Shown one piece after another: positions 56,316-64,000 of a DNA stretch of 64,000 bases. Below the pieces are notes generated by a model. The model saw only the letters and a list, made by a program, of their open reading frames with translations, had not been told where the DNA came from and made no database searches. The translations under genes were made by a program, and so were the position numbers. Positions within the stretch are counted from its first letter, which is position 1, and each line of letters begins with the position of its first letter. Origin of the DNA: Eledone cirrhosa (Eukaryota); the NCBI GenBank assembly GCA_964016885.1, contig OZ024741.1, positions 35,030,001-35,094,000 of the forward strand, written 5' to 3'.

Positions 56316-57950
56316 CTACCTTTCCGCTTCCCGGGGTTCGGGTCGCACGACTTCCATGGGGTCGGGGGTGTTGGGTGAAGGGGTGTCTTGTGGTGGTGTG
56401 GGGTCGTCAGTGTGTGGTGGGGTTGGGGTGTTTGGAGTTGTGTTGGGGAGGGGAAGGGGAGGGGGAAAGCTTTTTAGTAGGACGCGGTTTATGGGTTTGA
56501 CAGAGGGTGGTCCTACGTCCTCCTTAAAATCCTTTTTTAGTTTTTGGTAGAGGTTCATTGGGATCTTTATTAATTTTAAATGTGGGTAGTTTTCTGAAGA
56601 AACAAAGTTTACACCTTCGGTTTGTACCGAAGGATTATTGTTTATGAGTTCATTTAATTTATTATTGTTTCTGTTGATGTAAGTATAGTGTAATGTCTTT
56701 TTTTTCGGATGGTGTGAGTGTTTCGAAGAAGGGAGGGGCAGGTTTGGTTTTGTTTGTTGCTGGAGGGGTGTTTTCTGTTTTGTTGGATTGTGTTGACATT
56801 TGGGTGGGGGTTGTTTGGCCTTGTGTGTTTTGCACATGTTTTCTTTTTTTCCTTTTAATCTGTCTGAAGGACTCCGTTTCTTCCTCCGAATTCGTTGGGT
56901 TATCTTCAGTGTTGGAGGGAAGAGGTATGTTTGCTGGTAATGTTTCCGTGTTGGTTTTCTTTGTGGGGGAGATGGATGTCACTATGTTAGACTGTGTTGT
57001 GTGTTGTGTCTGCGGTGGTTGTGTTGTTTTATTGAGTGAGGGGTTGGGTGGGCCTGTATTTTGTTTTGGGGTAATGTGTTGTGACTGTTTGTGTTGTGGT
57101 GGTGGTGTAGTTTTACTGAGGGACGGGTTGGGTGGGACTGAGTTTTGTTGTTTGTTTATCTGTTGTGGTGGTGGTGGTGGAGCTGGTGTTGGTAGCAGGG
57201 TTTTCTTTTTGTTGAGTTGGGGACAAGCGGCCTTCAGGTGCCCTCTGCCTGCACAGATATGACAGGACGGCCTTCTCCCCTCCACGCTAATGTTTATATA
57301 CCCGTGGCCCTCTAATAGGATTCTGTCGGGTATTTCGGCGATGCGTTCAGGCTTCATTTGCACTACCAGCTCTATACCTGTTCCACTGAACGCATTGCCT
57401 GTGGTTTTCCCAATGGAAATCACGTTGTCATTCACTGGATCGATGAAGCCAGCTATGAGCCAGCAGTAGTCCACATCTGGCATCATTGCATCCAGCCATA
57501 TGCGTTGAGGTCTTTTACCCATATAAGATGGATAAAAGGTAAAATTTTTCGAACGAATCGGTGACAAAGCACATTTTTTTGCCGCCGATTCGTTCTTCAT
57601 GATAATTGCTAGGCTTCCATACAGTCTGTCTTTTCTTATGAAAGTGGTTTCATTAAGTACTTCTGTGAGTACTGTTTTGATATCTGCTTGAGTGGGCTGT
57701 TCAGGTTTTTTTGAAGTGTTGTTGATGGTGCGGAACACGACCGTTCGACTTTCAATGTCTTTGGTGAGTTCTTGAGGCATTTTTACCGATAAAATACCAT
57801 TCTCTCCTTCACTTATGTATTGTTTGGCGTCTGTGATTCTTCGTGCCACATCTGAAATATTTTCAGGTATATATGTCAAAGATTTCTTTGTTGTTTGTGC
57901 AAATGAAATCTTGTCGTCTGCTTTGCTTTCTGTTATGGTGTTATTTTCAA
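56316..57950 (-). pseudogene. Tx1/L1 ORF1 (gag-like, CX2CX4HX4C knuckle, Pro/Thr-rich tail), one frameshift near 56700
   Basis: CHICAGRGHLKAAC. The first ATG inside the element is at 57780. The ORF-track start at 58080 reads through the GATA microsatellite and is not credible. Confidence 0.8.
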
Positions 57951-57965
57951 ATGTTATTTTTGTAT

Positions 57966-57966
<1 letters not shown>

Positions 57967-58023
<57 letters not shown>
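57967..58023. repeat. (TAGA)n microsatellite at the 5' end of the Tx1 element
   Basis: Perfect run. Confidence 0.95.
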
Positions 58024-58486
58024 TGCCAAAGAAAAATCGGATAGCAAGTTAAAGAATTTACATAGATAGTAAAATTCCATATATTTCCAAATTGGATAGC
58101 AGGTAAAAGATAACTTATTTAAATATGGTAAAATTCCGAAAATTTCGCCGGAGATAGATCAGTAAAATTTAGTAAGTGGGCGGGAGGAGGTGTAATGATT
58201 AATCGAGATCCGAGGGTACGCACATATATATGTTTCAATATTATACAATTATATATATATGTGTGTGTTTTTATATTATACGGTACATTTATTATATATA
58301 TATATATACTATATAACATTATACAATAGTATATGTTATAATGATAATACATGATATAATACATTATATAATGCATTATATAATACATTACATTGTCGTT
58401 TGTGCGATATTACATAATATATTATGTAATGTTAAATATATTACTCACACACACAAACCGTATATATATTTATATTGTATCATATT

Positions 58487-58915
58487 GTTGGCAGTATCGG
58501 TAGAGAGTCGGACACCATGCTTTCCAGCATAGTTACGTCTCTTTACGGTCGCGGTTCAAATCCCGCCGAGGTTAACTTTGCGGGGTCGATAAAATAAAGT
58601 ACCAGTAATGTACTGGGTAATTGCTAGCTTTGTGCCAAAAGTAGAAATAATTATATTGTATTATATTATATTATATTATATTGTATTATATTATATTATA
58701 TTATATTATATTATATTATATTAGAGGGCGGTGGATTGGCAGTATCGGTAGAGGGTCGGACGCCATGCTTTCCAGCATAGTTACGTCCCTTTACGATCTG
58801 AGTTCAAATCCCGCCGAGGTTGACTTTGCCTTTCATCCTGACGGGGTCGATAAAATAAAGTACCAGTAATGCACTGGGTAATTGCTGGCCTTGTGCCAAA
58901 AGTAGAAACAATTAT
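58487..58915 (+). mobile_element. Two tandem SINE family A copies (58487-58655 with internal deletion; 58727-58915 full) separated by (TTATA)n
   Basis: Head, core and tail motifs. Confidence 0.85.
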
Positions 58916-59369
58916 ATTATACCAGTGTACCTGTGCCATCAATAATGACGCCAAAGTCAGTAAATGACTTCAGGATTGGTATGCCATATATACCAGGATA
59001 TCTGAACAATTATACAGGCTGTGAAATTTGCGTTTTCATAAATCTAAGGTTTGCGTAAGAGAAACTCTATAGTTTATATTGATTACTGAGACCTGGAAAT
59101 TATTAAAAATAAAAACATTTTAAAAATTTATTTCTAGGATATAATTATATAAATGTTTAGCATATACAAATGACATACAGGATTAAATGTATGAGTAACT
59201 GTGAAAAAATAACTATTTACAGAGACAAATATTGGGTTAGAATACATAACGCTGCGATTGGAAAGTAAACTTCTTATTGTAGCAACATGACTGAGATAGG
59301 AAATGCGTTGTGCGTGTATGTTTGTGTGTGTTAATTTTAAAGGGTTGCAATCAGTGACATTCATAAATG

Positions 59370-59416
<47 letters not shown>

Positions 59417-60279
59417 CGAAATTCTTCTATGTCTTGACGAAGATTCGAAATCGAATCTAAAATTTCTCGCTTCTAAAACCACCTAGTGTTAGGAATTCTC
59501 ACTATTGTCCTGTCAAAGGACAACTATGATAAACGTATACACCACGTGACCTGTGATCCCAGACACTTGATAGACGATACACACATGGCTACTATTGTTT
59601 CAAAAACCATATACACATCCTTCTAGCTATAGTATTCTTATAAATACAATCGCTTCGAGAACCGAACCAGAGACAGTTGATAACACAGACGACAGAAGAA
59701 CGTTCTGCTACCGCTATGAATTTCTCTTCACGAACACAGTCTTCTACCTACTATTCTCTCACATTGCATACCAGCTCGACAGATTGAACACTACTACAGA
59801 AACCATGTATGCTAAGGATAAACACACACAGACACACAGTAGATTTCCTTATATTGTTCCGTACTACACTTTATCTATCCTTTCAACTTCCTGTCATTTC
59901 TTTACTACTGTAAACTACAACACAACTACTACTGTATCGTTTTATTTGATACATGTATTTACGCTAGCTCGAAGTAGCTAGTAAGACTATTAATGTAGTG
60001 ATAATTACTGTCACGATTTTATTACTCAATATTCGATGTACCAACAAGTGAATTTTATTATTATAAAATAAACATTGTCAACATCACAGTCCTTCATCAT
60101 TCTTTTAATCATTCATCCTGCAAAGAATACATCTATTTCGCTACATAATGTAACCCCCATCACTACATAGTGTATATATATATTTATCCCGGGTTCAATC
60201 GGGGGTAACCACAGTAAGTAAAGTACTCAATACATAGCAGAGTATAAATATTTAATATAGAAATGGTTTCTACCAATCC

Positions 60280-60329
60280 GCTTTCCTGATGATTTCTTCC
60301 AAATGAAACAGTCCTAGTCCTGTAGAAGC
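60280..60329 (+). ncRNA. Type I hammerhead candidate
   Basis: gctttc-CTGATGA-ttt cttcc aaa t-GAAA-cag tcctagtc ctg-TA-gaagc. Stems are short or bulged. Confidence 0.55.
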
Positions 60330-60349
60330 CATTTATATATATATATATC

Positions 60350-60480
60350 TGATCTAACTGTCGAAACAGCCGGAGCTCAGCCGTCGGGGTCCTGAATCTT
60401 TTCATATTACCCTCTCTACTATTTCAAGTATCGAGTACTCTGGAGGGTTATGGTCCACCTGGTATTTTACCACACCCTAT
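60350..60480 (+). mobile_element. Family P half copy (no inverted arm)
   Basis: gatctaactgtc-GAAA-cagc..gccg-TC-ggggtc plus the shared tail. Confidence 0.7.
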
Positions 60481-60499
60481 CTGATATATATATATATAT

Positions 60500-60619
60500 A
60501 TGAATGTATATATAGTGTATTTTGCAATACACTGTATGCTTAATTAAAAGCATTTTGAAGACCTTACGCTATTGTTTTAAAGTAGTGACTATGTCACTTA
60601 CCTTCTTTTTTCAGCAAAT

Positions 60620-60714
<95 letters not shown>

Positions 60715-61050
60715 ACAGTGTATTGCAAAATACACTATATATACATTCATATACAAATCGCTATTTCAGAGCACCAATTCTAATTTTCAATTAGTTCCTG
60801 ATTATTACTGGAATTCTATAAGAAACCAACATTCATAATTTTCAGCAGGCAAAGGGAGTGGTAAGCTCTGAGGAGTACCAACAGTACGAAACAAAGATCT
60901 GTCAGCTTATCTCCCTTTGTTTGCTGAAAAAAAGAAATAAGTGACATAGTGACTACTTTAAAACAATAGCGTAAGGTCTTCAAAAGGCTTTTAATTAAGC
61001 ATATAGTGTATTGCAAAATACACTATATATACATTCATATATATATCGCT
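60500..61050. mobile_element. Family R3 relatives in inverted arrangement around (GA)n
   Basis: 60500-60620 matches the 45004 unit; 60715-61050 is in the opposite orientation. Confidence 0.75.
60860..60911 (+). ncRNA. Type I hammerhead ribozyme, intact core
   Basis: ggtaagct-CTGAGGA-gtac caaca gtac-GAAA-ca aagatc tg-TC-agcttatc. GUC site. Confidence 0.85.
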
Positions 61051-61068
61051 ATTTATATATATATATAC

Positions 61069-61159
<91 letters not shown>

Positions 61160-61165
<6 letters not shown>

Positions 61166-61792
61166 TACAAACAAACCGAACATTATAATAAATGTTCGGT
61201 AAACCCATACGTACATATATATGTGTGTGCATGTATGTATATATATATGCATACTACTGTACGTCTGTACACATATATGTATGTACGTATACATACTTAT
61301 ATTTAAGTATCAGCCGTACTAAGAGTGAGGAATGAAATTTTCGTTTCATTCTTTTCCATTTATCGTTTTCGGTCCACCCGGCCGACTAACTTACGCGATA
61401 TGCAAATTAGGCTGCTCAGCCGTTAATATGCACAAGGAAAGTATATACTTTCAAACGTCCAATCATCTGACAGAAAGGTATATAATGCTGACGATAGCTA
61501 ATAAGCTTGAAACTAGTACATCGTTCCTGTGTCAGTGTTGAACAAAAGGGCGACGATGGTTGCCGAGCACTGTACGGCGTAATTCGGGCTGTTTGTTTAC
61601 AAACAAACCGAACATTATAATAAATGTTCGGTAAACCCATATGTACATATATATATATATATGTGTGCATGTATGTATATATATACATACCACTGTACGT
61701 CTGTACACATATATGTATGTACGTATACATACTTATATTTAGGTATCAGCCGTACTAAGAGCGAGGAATGAAATTTCGTTTGATTCTTTTCC

Positions 61793-61797
<5 letters not shown>
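61160..61797 (+). mobile_element. Family R1 relative: about 430-bp unit plus partial tandem copy, TA-flanked
   Basis: 61160.. repeats at 61593... HHR ataatg-CTGACGA-tagctaataagctt-GAAA-ctag-TA-catcgt at 61482-61524. Confidence 0.8.
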
Positions 61798-61848
<51 letters not shown>

Positions 61849-61912
61849 GTAGAACACTGGAAGGTAATATCGGTAGTAGTAGAGCACTCAGTCCATGGGA
61901 CGAGTTAGGTAG

Positions 61913-62060
61913 AAGTGGTTACACAACAGTTAGTTCACCATACCAAGAACAATTGTTTCACCTTAGCGGATCCTCACCTCGTAATGGACCATTACGAGCT
62001 GAGGATCCGCTAAAGTGAAACAATTGTTCTCGGTACGGTGAACTAACTGTTGTGTAACCA

Positions 62061-62063
<3 letters not shown>
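61913..62063. repeat. 151-bp near-perfect palindrome carrying a hammerhead on each strand
   Basis: Centre at 61988. Plus strand 61995-62032: cgag-CTGAGGA-tccgctaaagt-GAAA-caattg-TT-ctcg. The minus-strand copy has GTGAGGA. Confidence 0.85.
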
Positions 62064-62136
<73 letters not shown>

Positions 62137-62242
62137 CCTAGCTTATGCTAACAGAATAACTATGTAGCTTGTTCCCTTCCTCTCTACGGTTAGCTCTCCT
62201 CTTTGTTGTTATCTTGTCTCACTCGCTTTACGCGTTTTAATT

Positions 62243-62343
62243 GTCCTAATAACTTAATTTAGTTATTATTGCACCGACGTGAGGTATATGATTTTTAATG
62301 CAATGAAATATCTATGATCGTCGGCAAATCACTGATGAGGGAC
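62243..62343 (+). ncRNA. Candidate non-canonical hammerhead-like RNA (diverged homolog of 48303-48404)
   Basis: gtcc-taataact(taattt)agttatta-ttgc-a-ccgacg-TGA-ggta-TA-tgattt-ttaat-gcaa-t-GAAA-tatc-tat-GAT-cgtcgg-c-aaatca-CTGATGA-g-ggac. Confidence 0.65.
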
Positions 62344-62467
62344 TCATTTTATTACATGTTATCCATGTGCAACCTGCAGTATTCTTCTCCCCATTTTTTC
62401 ATATATATATATATAATTCAAGAAAGAAGGGTAACATGGTTGGCTGTACAATAAGGGCTTTATTCAC

Positions 62468-62580
62468 AGTGCTGACAATTGTTTCGTTGATCTGGTAGGT
62501 CTAGAGCTCGCTAATCGCTTGATGTTGCGTCAATCGATCTCCAATACTTTGTTTACAACCAGTCAATACATCAGAGCACT
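62468..62580 (-). ncRNA. Type I hammerhead with an approximately 80-nt stem II insertion (A9 variant)
   Basis: agtgct-CTGATGT-a ttga ctgg...ccag a tcaa c-GAAA-caattg-TC-agcact. Confidence 0.65.
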
Positions 62581-63137
62581 TGGATATGAGGATAATACGC
62601 AAGGCATAGCTTTTATAGAAAAGTGGTGTTAGACCAGAACAATAACATCAGTAACAAAATATCTAGATAGTGAATAATTAAGGTACGATAAAATGCTGCT
62701 TACAGCAAAATAGAAAAGTCAATTTTCTGTAGACATAGGATTGCTACTAAATTTACGAGATTTAAACCACCGTGATTCGAACCATCATCCCCCAAATTAA
62801 TGGAAACTACTTAGACTTTAACGTATGAAGTCCGTATTCTCACACAACCTACTTCAGAACCATAAACTTCTATAAACACCTTCCAGCCTCCCGACATCTA
62901 TACCACCAAGATAGGGCAGGAATGTCTACAAGCATTTGCCAATTATCTTGTCAGCCCATAAATCAATCTCGTCTTTGCTGTTGTTTATTCTTTCGGACCA
63001 CACAATTATATCTACATATCTCATATTAGCACCCATGATCTCTAATAGATGAACTTAATTCTAAGTAAATTATCTTATTACTCTTACACTCCTTTGAAAC
63101 TCTTATTTCTTCTTATTATTATTACCATCATCGTAAT

Positions 63138-63328
63138 GGCGGTCGATTGGCAGTATCGGTAGGGAGGGTGGACGCCATGCTTTGCACAGTTACGTCCCTT
63201 TACGGACTGTGTTCAAATCCCGCCGAGGTTAGCTTTGCCTTTCATCCTTACGGGGTCGATAAAATAAAGTACCAGTAATGTACTGGGTAATTGCTGGCCT
63301 TGTGCCAAAAGTAGAAACAATTATTATT
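63138..63328 (+). mobile_element. SINE family A, full length, with possible TSD (ATTATTACCATCATC)
   Basis: Head, core and tail. ATTATTACCATCATC occurs immediately before (about 63118-63132) and after (about 63323-63337). Confidence 0.85.
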
Positions 63329-64000
63329 ACCATCATCTCAATGTACCCTATCCCTAATTTTATTCATCATGTTCTCTATCTATTTACCATGCATGATTTA
63401 TTGGTGATGTTATTGTCTTAATTATACGCTATTTTGTTATTGATGTTGCGAAAACTAAACCCCCATGATTCGAACTAGCAATCCCAAAATTTAGAATAAA
63501 CCACCTTAACATACTGAATCCACAACTTCACTTAATACCAGCTACCAAGGAACCATAAATCTCTATACACTCCCTCCATCAATCTCACTAAGGAGAAAAT
63601 ACCTAACACAAGCGATTATCTGTCAAACCATAAATCAATCTCCGTTTTATTGTTGGGAGGGTTTCAGACCCACAGCTCACTTGTATCTAAATCTCTCATA
63701 ATTGCACTTAAAGTGTAGATTCCAAAGTCTGACTCTAAGTACATTTTATTATTTATCCCTTCATCTAAGTTGATTCATCCCTTGACTACTACCTCTAATG
63801 TACCCTATGGTAGACTTCGCATGTCACTTCATACATCTGTATCATCTCTGTTTGTTTACCATGCTTGTTTTATCATTATATTCTATTTCTTACTTGTATT
63901 GATGTTATTGTTTTAATTATTCACTATCTAGATATTTTGTTACTGATGTTATTGTTCTGGTCTAACACCGCTCTTCTATAAAAGCTATGCCTTGCGTATT

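Larger units (their letters stand above)
52622..57965 (-). mobile_element. Tx1/L1-clade non-LTR retrotransposon, near full length, frameshifted
   Basis: ORF1 with CCHC knuckle, ORF2 EN-RT-Cys domain, 3' UTR with AATAAA near 52626-52631. TAGA repeats at both ends. Confidence 0.92.

Noticed and set aside
59430-59470. TTGACGA-agattcga aa tcgaatct-AAAA hairpin as a hammerhead
   Set aside because: Two core mismatches and no stem I or III pairing.
62313-62338. Box C/D snoRNA reading of the family K motif (ATGAT...CTGA)
   Set aside because: The spacing is too short for a guide RNA. The GA pairs are better explained by an internal k-turn with the upstream TGA/GGA, and CTGATGA fits the hammerhead core.

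Overview
Eukaryotic, repeat-saturated, AT-rich window. The SINE, RTE and microsatellite repertoire resembles octopod (cephalopod) genomes; this is an inference. No complete host gene is visible, only one possible coding exon at about 27.2-27.7 kb. Contents: two multi-kb degenerate (TA)n arrays around a 200-nt N gap; RTE-clade LINE pieces, with one stretch duplicated identically; a near full-length, frameshifted Tx1/L1-clade LINE (52.6-58.0 kb, minus) plus a truncated copy, both abutting TAGA repeats; two decayed Penelope-like elements (RT + GIY-YIG); many tRNA-derived SINEs of at least three families; several MITEs; and a non-autonomous Helitron. The main unannotated signal is a dense set of small non-coding elements sitting in (TA)n tracts, arranged as tandem and/or inverted repeats and carrying hammerhead ribozyme (HHR) cores (retrozyme or PLE-pLTR-like). 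About ten families were found by eye. One family (48.3/48.9 kb and 62.3 kb) has a complete HHR core whose three catalytic strands occur in a non-canonical order. It is held by covarying pseudoknotted helices and a box C/D-type kink-turn, and is a candidate new hammerhead topology. Another family is repeatedly folded back into palindromes centred on the HHR stem II hairpin. All RNA structures were derived by manual pairing, not computed.
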